A DNA stretch of 62,389 nt, the filler included, from Basidiobolus ranarum (lineage: Eukaryota): assembly GCA_040143965.1 (NCBI GenBank). It is 18 parts of 18 records of this genome, joined end to end, with 100 filler letters (N's around TTAATTAATTAA, not from the genome) between each part and the next. Parts side by side here need not be neighbours in the genome. Positions count along the whole stretch, not along the records: positions 24,344 to 27,716 come from JASJQH010009410.1; positions 27,817 to 31,188 come from JASJQH010009411.1; positions 31,289 to 34,659 come from JASJQH010009412.1; positions 34,760 to 38,129 come from JASJQH010009413.1; 14 more parts are not named here. The stretch is one strand, 5' to 3'. Made by a program: the position numbers and the translations under genes. Position 1 is the first letter of the stretch; every line of letters begins with the position of its first letter. Under the pieces are notes generated by a model, which was given only the letters and a program-made list of their open reading frames with translations, had not been told where the DNA came from and did no database searches. Shown here piece by piece: positions 25,561 to 38,229 of this stretch.

Positions 25561-25929
25561 AATAAAGAAGAAAGTGAATGTTGGAGATATCATAATTATA
25601 TTACAAATCTAGAAGTATTGAAAGTGCTGATAAAAGCTTTCTATTCATGTTTTACAAATTTTGACATATCACTAGCACTAAGCTCCATATATGCTTATTT
25701 ATATACAAAACAACAAAATAGTCATTAAAATAAACTTTTGGGCTATATAGCCTGCATAGCACAGAGGTGCTACAAATTTAAAAGGTTGTATAAAATGCAA
25801 TGTATTTGTGAATAAGGTTTTCCAAACAATATAAACAAAAGCAACATGCACAACAGAACCCTCTATAATTTCAAAAACATACTAACTTTTGAGCTGTATA
25901 GTACTGGAAACATGCCTTCATGTGTTGCC

Positions 25930-26780
25930 CCTGACTTTATAGAGGCTACATTGGTGGTAGACTGTTCAATATACACTACAAATGTGAGCCTATTGTTAAA
26001 AAATTGTTTACTTCTATAGTGCATATGACTGTTACCATATCATTATATTGTATCTCTGACTTTAAAGGAGTCACAAAGACTACTCATCCCTTGATGTGCA
26101 CTACAAATGTAAGCATCTTTTTAAAAACATATTTACTTTTGGCATATGTATGACTGATACCATGTCATTACTTTTCCCTTATGATTTTATAGGAGTTACA
26201 AAGACTGCTCATCCCTGTACATGCAATACACACATAGGCCTCTTTTTAAAAACATATTTACTTTTGGTGCGCATATAACTGATAACATTAGGGTTACCCT
26301 AGCCTAACCCTAATATTGTATCTCTGACTTTAAAGGAGTCACAAAGACTACTCATCCTTTGACGTGCACTACAAACGTGAGCCTCTTTTTAAAAACATAT
26401 TTACTTTTTGTGTGCGTATAACTTAGACCATATTATGATATTTTTTACTTTTGAATTTAAAGGAGTTACAAAGGCTTCTCATCCATTGATGCACACTACC
26501 AACATGAGTCTCTTTTTAAAAACATACTAACATTTGGCATGCATATAACACAAACCCTGTAATGATATTTCACTTTTGACTTTATTGGAGTTACAAGCTT
26601 ACACTTCTCTCAACATGCACTACAAATATGAGCAACTTTATAAAACCTGTTTACTTTCAGCATTTTTATTACAGATACTATGTCTTTATATTTTATTTCT
26701 GATTATGTAAGAGTTAAGAAGATCATAAATCATTAAACATGCACTACAAGTGTGATCACCTTTCTCTAAACTTTATTTTT
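25930..26780 (+). repeat. Degenerate ~125-bp tandem satellite, about 7 units
   Basis: The unit anchor TGACTTTAAAGGAGT recurs at ~25932, 26057, 26181, 26325, 26452, 26577 and 26700. Confidence 0.85.
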
Positions 26781-27861
26781 TTAGCATGCATAATATAATG
26801 ACCATATTGCAATCTTGCTCTTCATGCAATGCTCTCAAGCCTGAAAATATTTGAAGTTACCAGATTTCCATATTCACTATGATAGGTTGGCACAAGTAAC
26901 TACTAATGATTAACATGGTGATTACAGACAAGTCACTGCACATTTCAATTACTTCAGAGAAATACAATGGCTATACTTTATCATTACAGGTGGAATGTCA
27001 AGATTTACAAAGTATACTATTGATGAAAGATGAGAGTAAAGATCATGGCTAGGTATGATAGCTGATATGATGAAGCATGCATCATTTCCACCTTTGCTAT
27101 ATAACTATGGGCACATCTTCTCAAAGATGATTTATTTAAAGGTTCAAGCAATATCATGCAACAAAAATATCAAGATTGCTTCCCACATCCACCTATTAGA
27201 AGAGGCAAAGATAGTACTTGAAGTGGGACAATTGCAAATCAACAGTCCCAAAACCTAGTGGTGCCTAATAGGAACCAAACCACCCATGCATTGGGCACTG
27301 TAGAACAACTGGCTGCAAACTGCATCAAAATGCCCAAAATTCTACTGTTCTATGTAGAAATACAGTGGAGGCAACTAATATAACTTGTCAACTTCTGCAT
27401 CTCAGTACAAGCATTCCCCAGTAACTTATAGTGTTCTGGGAATTGGAGAGAATGCTGACATTGGTGCTGGAAAGCAAACATTTAACACCTGCTCAAGTCA
27501 GTGTGTTAATGAATAGAGTACATAAGATTTATTCTCTATATGACCGGCATCAGTCCCAATCAAACAACCATGAGTCATAATGTAAAAGTAAAAATAAACA
27601 AATTGTTGACAATCTTTGGGACATGTGCAGAAATAAGCTTCAAGTTTAAATCCAAACATTAGCTCTCATAGTTGCATATAAATGTCCAATAGCAGTCAGC
27701 AAAAATAGCCATCCACNNNNNNNNNNNNNNNNNNNNNNNNNNNNNNNNNNNNNNNNNNNNTTAATTAATTAANNNNNNNNNNNNNNNNNNNNNNNNNNNN
27801 NNNNNNNNNNNNNNNNGATATCTTAGTTCAATATAGGATAACTAAATACTAAGCTATATAT

Positions 27862-28180
27862 TGTTGAAATTAGCATTGCCTAAACACCTATATAGTCATA
27901 TATAGCTTAGTATTTAGTTATCCTATATTGAACTAAGATATCACCTCAAGAAGAATTTACTTAGAATATTGACACCAACTTAGAAGTTCTCAGATATATA
28001 GATTTTTCAAACCTGTGCTAGAAGCCCCAAACTTTGCACACGTATTCCTGGACTCTTCTTCAACCTATCCTAATAGTTTGTTTGCATATATCGTGACAAA
28101 GCTATAAATGTCAACTTTCCACTTAATAAATCAATAAGTGAAAACCAACAATTTCTCTAGTTCTCCCAAGATACTTCAAT
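27862..28180 (+). mobile_element. LTR family A copy
   Basis: Starts TGTTGAAATTAGCATTGCC and is colinear with 2965-3268. Confidence 0.75.
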
Positions 28181-29945
28181 AATCTCAACAATCCCTACCA
28201 GCATATACCTAACTATTTCATATCATATCCAAGTTATTCAAAATATACTGGTCAAATATCACTTTAGAGTCAAAATATATCTAGGATACATGTGAGCTCC
28301 CAGAATTAGCAAAGTTGAACTTTGGATCTCAAAGTTATCCAAGTTAACTACAAGACAACCTATATCACTCAAAGATCTTCTGAACACAACCTCCCTTGCC
28401 TATTTTTATTCTTATCATCCAGGATATTAATACAATATCTTCATTTCTCGATAATCTTTATCAACTTCGCAATACTAATACTAATACTGTATGGATGTAT
28501 ACTAGACATAGTATAAAATATATCAGAAAATATCTTAGTATCAATCCCAAAACTATGCTTTACTTGTCTGAGTGCCTATGTATTGCATCATGAGTTAAGC
28601 TCTTAATATAAAATCATTCAGTATTCCACTAGTAGCAGTAATAAGGGATCGTTCAAATAGGCATTTTGTTGAATTGAAGAGTTCATTCATCATACATTCA
28701 ATAACTTTCATTTAATAACCATTTTACGCAAAACAATACCAATCAAACCAAAGAATTCTGAGGATATAACAAGGATCTTAATCAAGTCAAAAACACACCA
28801 AACTTCGTATTTTTACGATTCCTAACCATTGGAGGTGCTTATAGTTGACACTTGAACAGTATTATAATCTTTTGAAAGATTTCTAAGAACTCCAAAAATA
28901 TGGGGCTGTGCTATCCAGAAAATTTTGTAGTTAAGCTCGGTACCTTTTAGCCGAAATCCGGATCGATGCCCTGACCTCGAGATGAAATTACGATACTCAC
29001 GTTTCTAGATGAGAGTATCTTAATATGGTCAAGTATGATAACCAGGTAATAGAGCCAGAGAAATAACACAGACAGCGCAGGGTAACTATTAAATATGACC
29101 GTCGGTTTCACAATCCAAAGTCAGATTAGTGAGTAATACGCCTAAAATAGCTGCCAAGCTTGAATTCATTTCTGATGTTAATAGATAAAACAAAGCAAGG
29201 ATCGAATCATTGCTGAGAATTGAAACTGGTGATACCTGATGGAGTTTGTTTGGTTAACTTTCAGTCGCACTGCTCTTTCTGAGAAGGAAATTGACCATTC
29301 TTCTTGACCACTGGAATCTTTTTCAGTTTGCTTATGTGGAGATGATGTTATGCAGTATAAATTACCAGGAATTCCATTTTAATACCGCGTTACTCATTTG
29401 AGCATTATTCTGTATGAATTCCTGAAGGATTGCTGCTATGATTCTGAGAATGTCCATATGGGTTGGATCATTCGATTGAGTGCCTCCATATGGCAGAGTA
29501 TTTTATGACTGGGAAATTAATATTTTATTTGTATAGAAGAGACGCCACAATTCAATCGGTATTAAGTTGAGAAGTGTGGCATATTCGATATTTTACAAAT
29601 TGAGTTATACAATCTTGTTTTGTCGGCTTCAAGGGAAAATGGTGGATTGAAACTCTAGGATAATACATAGGAATATGTGGGAAATGGGTGCCTGGATTGA
29701 AATATACAACCTAGATATGCCCATCCCAATAAGTATATATGTTCAGAGAAGGCCTGGGTTGAATGCTCAATTGCACAGATTACTGGAGCTAACCCACGAA
29801 CACAGGTTACAGTCACACCACGTTGTAAAAAGTGTGAAATTACCTGTTTCAGAATACAAATACAGAAGAAAAGCCTTATACTTAAATGAAGAGCTTGGAA
29901 TGTTAATAAGTACATGAACAAAGCATCTGCGCAACCGCTTAACAG

Positions 29946-31131
29946 CTAGATGCAGTTTGCGAACACATCCTCAACAAATATGGAGGCGTTCATGTATTTT
30001 TCTGAATTGTACTTGATATACACGGCTTCGTGATTTTGCTTGTGCGGAAGACGGCTGCGAAGCTGGAGAGCACAAGGCATTAAATCCATCTCAGTATAGC
30101 CTGAGTAGTGAATATGTGAACTGGTCTACATATGTTGAGGAAATAGATTAGTTCGCGCTCTATATCTCAGTATCGAATAGTACTTACCCAGCTTCCTTTG
30201 TTGATCAACCCCATCGCAAGGTAGTAGCTTGCTGCAGCAATTTTTGAAGAGGGATATTGAATGAATGTTTCGTACATGAGGGTGACTTCCGATAGATATT
30301 TCGCAAGAGTCCGAATGGCCGTATCGTACCGGTCTGCTTTGGATATACGTCTTAAAAAGCTGAGTGGATCCGGATAGCCCAATTCATAGTTTAAAATGTT
30401 CATCATGTATCTTTCAGCTTTCTTCAAGTCATCAACGGAGAAAGCTCCATCAACCATAAATATCATTTCACTTATGGTGGGTGCACTTATCTCCTCATAC
30501 TTGGCAGCAATGAAGAGTGCTGTTATTCCTACCAGTTGTAGCTTATCAATTGAAATTTCTTTGACAGAAAGAAACCGGTCAATATAATTCACGCATAGAA
30601 ACAAGGTTTCTTGATGCATTTTGAAGCGATCATGGACTTGAACTAACCAATCGAGAAGAATTCCACGCATGTGCCATTTCAATTCGGGCTGACGATCGAT
30701 GTAACAAGGATCTGGCATCATCCGTATCTAACGAAGGACATGTTAGCATGTGCCAATGTATCTAATAATAACGAGTGCGAGACCTACCTCTAATTCTCTC
30801 ATGTATTCGATAATTTCGTCGGCATATTCAGCAACCATATTCACATCATGTTTGTCTACCTCTTCAATGCTATGTACGATGGGATTGAATGGATCAGATA
30901 CGCTCTCGACCATTCCAGTGTCTAGCTCCATTAACGTATTATCTGGATTGTCGTACTTGACGCCCGGATGAGCGTTCAAAAGGGATTCGTCATCTCTTCC
31001 CACAACAGTTGTATGGCCGGAATTATGGGTAGGTATCTGGTTGTTGGTGTATAAGTTTCTATTTACTTCCGAATCATCTTCAATCCCTGCCTGGCCAACA
31101 TATGACTTGGTGGCTTCTTTGAGCGACTTTC
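29946..31131 (-). CDS. B-type (G2/mitotic) cyclin, 5' truncated. Exons ~31131-30788, 30727-30188, 30125-29946
   Basis: MVAEYADEI, cyclin box MRGILLDWL..VH..F, ETLFLCVNYIDRFLS, KLQLVGITALFIAAKYEE, FLRRISKAD, and AVYIKYNSEKYMNAS in the last exon. Confidence 0.93.
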
Positions 31132-31288
31132 CTGATATAACAGTCTAGAGTTAAACATATAGGAGATGGTTTAGAATTTGGAAAAGATNNNNNNNNNNNN
31201 NNNNNNNNNNNNNNNNNNNNNNNNNNNNNNNNTTAATTAATTAANNNNNNNNNNNNNNNNNNNNNNNNNNNNNNNNNNNNNNNNNNNN

Positions 31289-32422
31289 GGCTAATAATTT
31301 TAAACAACTTAAATCTTCCTCCTTCCAAATGGTTAAGAGTCATACTATTTTGATACTATCCATTATATCTAGACCTATATCACCAGTGCTTATAGATAGC
31401 TTCTTGGAGCCTTTGATTGAAGAATTTGAACGGTTATCTAATGGGGTTCAGATGGGTGAATATTTTATTAAAGCTAATATCATTGTATGTATTGGTGACA
31501 CTCCTGCCACCAGTAAACTTGGAGGTTTTTGTGGTCACAATGCACTATCTTGCTGTAGATTTTGTCAAATCAATGGAGTTTACTCTGACAGGCATATGCA
31601 TTACTACTATCCAAATACAACACTAAACTTCATGATTTTGCCCTCAAGAGCCTGGTCAGATTTCAACATGATCACTGATATCAATTCATTGAATGGTCAG
31701 TCTAACATCAAACTTGATATTAGCCATAAGCCTAAGCTTATGTTGCTAAAGGGAATCAGCTGGAGCCAGAGCTTCCCATTAGGCACTATGCACTTACTGT
31801 TCAACAACATTCCAATACTACCTACTCAGCTATATAGTGGAAAATGCAATATGAATGAGCCGTTTGAGATAGAATCAAAGTTTGAATTGATTGGGAAAAT
31901 GCTTGAAAACGTCAAGATACAATCATATTTTACCAGGACTCCCCTCAATATCCACTCATCTACGAATTGATACAAATGCAAAGACTGGAAGTATTGAATT
32001 TGTATATATCCAAGTGGAATTTTGAAAAGATTTCTGCCTGATAAGGATTGGCAAGATTGGGAGTTGTTTGTGGATACTGTTAATATATTCTTATAGCATC
32101 AACTCACATTGGCAGATCTCAGGCAGATACAGCAGTGGTGCAAAGATTTTGTAATTTGATATGAAAGACTTAATTACAGGTAAAAAAAAGATAGACTGAA
32201 TCAATGCTGGTATTCAATACATTTGCTGCTGCATCTTTCACAATGCTTAGAGATTATAGGCCCTTGCTATCTATTCTGGGAGTTCCCAATGGAGTACACC
32301 TGCGGTGAAATGATTTTCCATGTGAAATTGTCAGTATTACTGTATGCTAATCTGATTAACAATGTAACAGCAACATCAGAGATGGATGTAATGTGATGGG
32401 TTAAGGATACTTCAGAGTATAT
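31289..32422 (+). mobile_element. CACTA-like transposase pseudogene
   Basis: IDSFLEPLIEEF, GDTPATSKLGGFCGHNALSCCRFC, FPLGTMH and FWEFPME. Confidence 0.88.
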
Positions 32423-32599
32423 TGGACTTGTTCTCTGTGATAGTGCCAGATTGTGCTGTATATATCATACTGGATAAATTATTCTAAAATTTATGTGGCA
32501 CAATTTGGCACTATCCATCACCCTCTGGCATGATCAATTTCAATCACACTTACTCTAATATATTGATCCAAGGTCCAATAAATCCTGGCACAATGGAAC

Positions 32600-32877
32600 A
32601 AGTCCATTAAGTAGAAAGTTGACATTTACGGTTTTGTCAAGTTGTAAGCAAACCAGCATGTATAATGTGCTAAAGAAGGTCATAGGAGCATATGTGCCAA
32701 GTTTGGGGCTTCTAGCACAAGCTTGAAAAATATATACCCCAGAACTTCTAAGTTGGTATAAATATTCAAAGTAAGTTCCAATTGAGAACAATGGATAATA
32801 TCTGAGTTAATTATACAACAACTAAGTACTAAGCTATATACTACTATACAGGTGCTTAGTCAATGCTAACTTCAACA
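32600..32877 (-). mobile_element. LTR family A copy
   Basis: Reverse complement of 2965-3240. Confidence 0.7.
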
Positions 32878-32879
32878 CT

Positions 32880-34020
32880 ACTAATGGCTCTCAAATCAGA
32901 AACTGAAGATTTTATCTTAAATAATATACTTAGCAGACTCCTGGATGCATATTTAGGCAAATTACAATCCTACCAAAAGAATGAAGTAATTCCTTTAATA
33001 GGTTATAGGAAACCATCCTATAAAGATCAGAAGTACTTTAAGAAAAAAAGTAACATATCCAGTAATTGCTATAAAAGAATTGGCCATTTAAGCAAAGACC
33101 ACAGTAAAGAATTGCAAAAGAAGAAAAACATACCAAATCTAGAAATGTGGTTACAACAGAAGATCACTTCATATCTGCTCTATCTATGACTACCAATATG
33201 GATTCTCTGATATGATATATTGATTCTGGAGCCTCCCAACATCTCACAAACAAAAATCATTGGTTTGTGAATTTGAAGAAATCCCAATTAAGATGTTTTC
33301 ATAGCAGATGACTGTACATTGAATAAACTGGGAATAGGAACTATTCAAGTCAATACAACTGGTGATTTTAAAGAGATAATATGTACTTATAAAGGTGTAC
33401 CACATGTTCCAGATATTGCCAAGAATTCAATATATGTATGCAAGGCCACCTCAGAAAGGCTGAAACTAATTTTGTTAAGCTAGGATGCATCCTCACAGAT
33501 TAAAAAAGCTATTTTGTAGCTTTAGGAGAAAAGGATCAAGGAATAATTACATGTAAGTATCTTGGCTTATATAAAAATATAAGTTGTTTCAATGAAGACA
33601 CTATACAAATATGTCATAACAGATTAGGCTATATTGGATTTGATAGTTTGAGAAAATGATCAAAAATCACCTAATTTCTGGATTTCAAATTACCCCAAAC
33701 CAAAAAGGAAATTTATGAGGATTGTATATATGGAAAACAAGCCAGGCAACCATTCAAGAGCTCTGGGTTAAACAAATTAGTTAAAAAATTGGATCAAATT
33801 CTTGCAGATTTGTTTGCACGTATGCCAAATTTTCTTCAAGTAGAAAAAGGCATATAATCACATTTATTGATGATTATACAAGACACACTTGGGTCTACTT
33901 TGTGGAAAAAAAAGAAGCTCTCTCTATCTTCAGAGATTTTAAAACTGTTGTTCAGACTAAAACTGGACCTTGAAACAAGAAAATACACACTGATAATGGT
34001 GAAGCATATGCTTCAACACA
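32880..34020 (+). mobile_element. Ty1/Copia gag zinc knuckle, protease and integrase fragment
   Basis: CYKRIGHLSKDH, IDSGASQHLTN, CHNRLG, CIYGKQARQPF and FIDDYTRHTWVYF. Confidence 0.85.
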
Positions 34021-34397
34021 ATGAAACAGTTTTGCTACTATTTATACTTTTCTGAAGATAGATATCATGATTCTAATCTTGGCATACTCATCTACTGCAA
34101 ATGTAATTGTTCAATTATCAGATTATGACATCATATCTGCTAAAGTATTTGGGCACCTGTTGAAAGTAGCATGCAGAATTAGAGAAATTGATGGTTTTCA
34201 CTTACTAATCTATTGAGTATTCAATCTGAATGAACCTTTTAAGCTAGAATCACAGTATGAATCATTTGGGAAAATGCTTCAAAACATAATGATACCACCA
34301 TATTTTACCAGAACTCCCATCAATATCCACATATCTAGGTGCTTACTCAAATGCAAAGACTGGAAGTAATGTATTTATATATGTTCAAGTGAAATCT

Positions 34398-34600
34398 GTT
34401 AAAGTATTTGGGAGCCTGTTGGAAGTGGTTTGGACAATTTGAGAAATTGGTAATTTCACTTGTTGATTTATTGAGAAGAAAGCTGACAGTTATAGTTTTG
34501 TCAAGATGCAAGCAAACAAGCAAGCAGAATGTGTTGAAAAAGATCCCAGAATAATATGTGCCAAGTTTGGGACTACTAGCACAAGTTTGAAAAATCCATA
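34398..34600 (-). mobile_element. LTR family A 3' part (a second shorter piece lies at 34141-34220; a CACTA transposase scrap lies at 34225-34395)
   Basis: Reverse-complement similarity to 21950-22160. Confidence 0.6.
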
Positions 34601-35104
34601 TAGCTAATGGGGCTCATAACCTTTTGAAATTATTTAGGGAGAAATATTGGTCTGGCCAGNNNNNNNNNNNNNNNNNNNNNNNNNNNNNNNNNNNNNNNNN
34701 NNNTTAATTAATTAANNNNNNNNNNNNNNNNNNNNNNNNNNNNNNNNNNNNNNNNNNNNCTCTAGACTTAAGACACTATGAATAAAGCTTTCATCATCTT
34801 TTGAATGTGCAATAATGTCTAAAAGTACTTTTCTTAAATATACCACATAAGTAAAATAAACTGTTTCCAAAACGGTAAATAACATTGTGCCGGATAGTGC
34901 CCAATCATGCCAATTTGTGCTGGCACACTTTTTGGCTGGCCTGATTTGGCTCAATAAAATGGAACAAGTCTGATATATATGTTCCAATTTTCAGCTAAGT
35001 GATATTTGACCAAGTAATGTTAACTAACTTATATGTGATATTTGAAATAGTTATCTGCATAAAGATAGAGATAATAAATATGGTAAAGATAATAAACTTC
35101 AACA

Positions 35105-36460
35105 CAAATCAACCAACATATACAAGGATTTACTTTAACACACCTATGTACCAATATTGAAGCAGAAGGTAGGAAGCAATCTTGAACATATGCCTACAGT
35201 TGGCAGCAAAAAATACCTTGTTGCTACCAGAGATATGCTTAATGGATGGGTGGAAGCCTGGGCTCTACTTAACAAAAAAGCATAAACAATTTGGAAGTCC
35301 AACTTGGAAGATATTATCTGCCAATAAGAAACTATATGACAATTCACTGCCAATACAGGGGAGATGATGTCACTGCTAATTCAAGACCTTTGGTTGAAGT
35401 GTTGCATACATATCAAATACACTACAGCTTATCTTCCTCATGCAAATGGGATGATACCAGGAGGACATTGACCCTAGGTGAGCTCAATGGTGCAGTCCTG
35501 TCAAGGTAAGTGATAACTTTGGCCACAAAAGCTGCACTAAGCACTATGGGCTGACAGGATCACTACCAAGAGGGCAACCAGAATGTCACCATACAGACTG
35601 ATATATGGAAAAGAATACATCCTTCCCATTGAAATTGAAGTCACTACTTGGAACACTTTGACCTGGAAGACTCATGCAACTGCCCAACAACTTCTCATCA
35701 ACTGGCTAGGCCAATTTAACAGACACCATGGTGATGTAGAGAAAGATACTGAAGGCCTGTAAACGCCAGAAATGCTAGCAAGAGCTACTTTAACAAAACC
35801 ATCCACTTTAACAAAAGCCACTAGAAGTTGCTGACCTAGTGCTTGAATATGATCCACTTTGGCCAAACAATAGAGCAGTAAGTTTGACAACTGATGGAGA
35901 GGCCCATACAAAATTATTAAAGTTGTAGGCAATGGAAGCTATCACGCAGCCAAACCTGATAGAGCAGAGCTCACACTACCAGTTGCAGGGAACAGACTAA
36001 AGGTAATCAATACTAGAGGAAATGACTCACCTAGCTGAGTTTGGTTTTTCACTTAAGTTCAAAACTCAGAGAGAGATGGATGTAGTGGGGTGGTGTTGGT
36101 TCCCACTGGCAGGTGGACTTATTCCCTATTTCATACAATTACTATCTCACAATATCTAGTTTAAAATCCATATTTGACTTGCCCATATTTTCTAGCCAAC
36201 AATTTGAAGCTAATGGTACTATCCCCTATTACTTTCTTGCAGATTCTACAACTTTCCAGAACATTCCATGGGTGACTAATCTTATAATTTATGCTGGTAG
36301 CATATCCCCCAATCCCAACCAAATTAAATTTCCTGACACTTTGAAGAAAATCTCATTAGTGATCAGTTCTACCCTCAGAAAAGCATAAATAGGAGCCATA
36401 TTCTTCAAATAAAAATCATCCTAGTTTTCAACTAACATTTACTACTTGTCGTTGCCCTTC
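35105..36460 (+). mobile_element. Ty3/Gypsy integrase core/C-terminus, purine tract and probable 3' LTR start (36081)
   Basis: PTYVP..QKVG, RDMLNGWVEA, MSPYRLIYG, WRGPYKIIKV and VAGNRLK. Followed by AGAGAGAGATGGA then TGTAGT. Same family as 38230-40340. Confidence 0.75.
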
Positions 36461-36465
36461 ATCAA

Positions 36466-38129
36466 CCCTGACAAAAATAAACCATTTGATCTGGATTGGA
36501 CCCACCCTTTTGGGATTGCAAAAACATCAGAAAGCCATCACAATATTGGGTGCTTGCATTCTGCCAGGGATTTTGAGGATGTGATGGCAGCTTCTTGATT
36601 GTACTACAATGGTATTCATACAAGTTAAAATATTAATTCCCATATTTGCCATGCATTATTTAATTTCCGGCATTTTTTGCAAAATTCTAATTTTTGAATG
36701 GCAAATTACTTAGGTTAGTACTGAAGGAATTTGAATTAATATGCATTCCTTTATTTAGATATTTTAAGCTTTGTATTCCAGCCACAATGTAAATTGAAAA
36801 ATACAAGAATCTTGATGTGTTTAGTCTGTACATATGCACATACTTGACTGATCAGATATAACTCAACAACAACAATATTCTTTAACACAAACTAATAGTG
36901 GAAAAATTGATAAATATCTGATATTTTGAAAAGCATTAACACTTGGCAAATAGCTGACTCTTGTTACTGTTCACAATGAGAATAAGCTCTTGGATTTTAG
37001 CAAATTTCTGTCAAGAATTCAGCCAAAATATTCCCAACTTGCAGTCAACAAAGGTTCTACCACAAGTAGATGTGTCATTGCTTGAAAAGATTAACCCATG
37101 GCTTAAATGATAATACTGCATATCTTGATCTATCTGACCAAGAGGTAAGTCTTGCAGCTTTTGTAGATATACTGTCAGATTATGACACAAACAAAGTAGT
37201 CCAAATTGTAGAGGTACTTACTCTCTGTCCATGGATTGGGGTTTGTTCATTTAAATATGCTCAAACAATGCAAAAACCCATGAGGACATTAAAAAGTGCA
37301 CTTTGTTGGAAGGTCAATGTACTCTGGAATCTCCTTAACCCATTGCTTTACATACATCACTAATTTGCTGTTACATTGTTAATCAGATTAGCATACGGTA
37401 ATACTGACAATCTCACACAGAGCATCATTTCACCCCAGGTGTACTCCTTTGGGAACTCTTAGTATGTATAGCCAGAGCCTAAAATCTCTGAGCATTGTGA
37501 AAGAGGCAGCATGAAATGTATTGAATACTGTCATTGATGCACTCTATCTTCTTTAAACCTGTAATAAAGTTTTCATATCCAATTACAAAATCTTTGCACA
37601 GTTGCTCTATCAACCAATGTGAGTTGATGTTGCAAGAATATATTAACAATATCCACAAACAACTGCCAATGTTGCCAAGACTTATCAGGCAGAGATCTTT
37701 TAACAATACCACTTAGATATATACAAATCTAGTACTTCCAGTCTTTGCATTGGAATAAATTACTAGATGAGTGATATTGATAGGGGTCATGGTAAAATAT
37801 GATGGTATATAGCCATTTTCAAACATTTTCCCAATCAATTCAAACTTTGATCATATCTCAAATGGCTCATTCATATTGTATTTTCCACTCTATAGCTGAG
37901 TAAGTATCATATGAATGTTGTTGAATAGTAAGTGCATAGTGCTTAGTGGGAATGTCAGGCTCCAGCTGATCCCATTTAACAATATAATCTTAGGCTTAGG
38001 GCAAATATAAAGTTTGATGTCAGACTGACTGTTTGGTGAATTGATATCAATGATCATGTTGAAAGCTGACTAGGCTCTTGATGGTAAAATCATGGAGTTT
38101 AGTTTTGTATTTGGATAGTAGAAATGTGT
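36466..38129 (-). mobile_element. CACTA-like end A plus transposase pseudogene
   Basis: Begins CCCTGACAAAAAT. Reverse-complement homologue of 14390-16063. Confidence 0.82.
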
Positions 38130-38229
38130 NNNNNNNNNNNNNNNNNNNNNNNNNNNNNNNNNNNNNNNNNNNNTTAATTAATTAANNNNNNNNNNNNNNN
38201 NNNNNNNNNNNNNNNNNNNNNNNNNNNNN

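Noticed and set aside
26800-27716. Possible MULE transposase relic (MVITDKS-like motif)
   Set aside because: CpG-poor and probably TE-derived, but one weak motif is not enough to assign a family.
32439-32515. 18-bp imperfect inverted repeat, with related motifs near 34885-34927
   Set aside because: Likely subterminal motifs of a decayed element. No TSD or boundaries could be defined.
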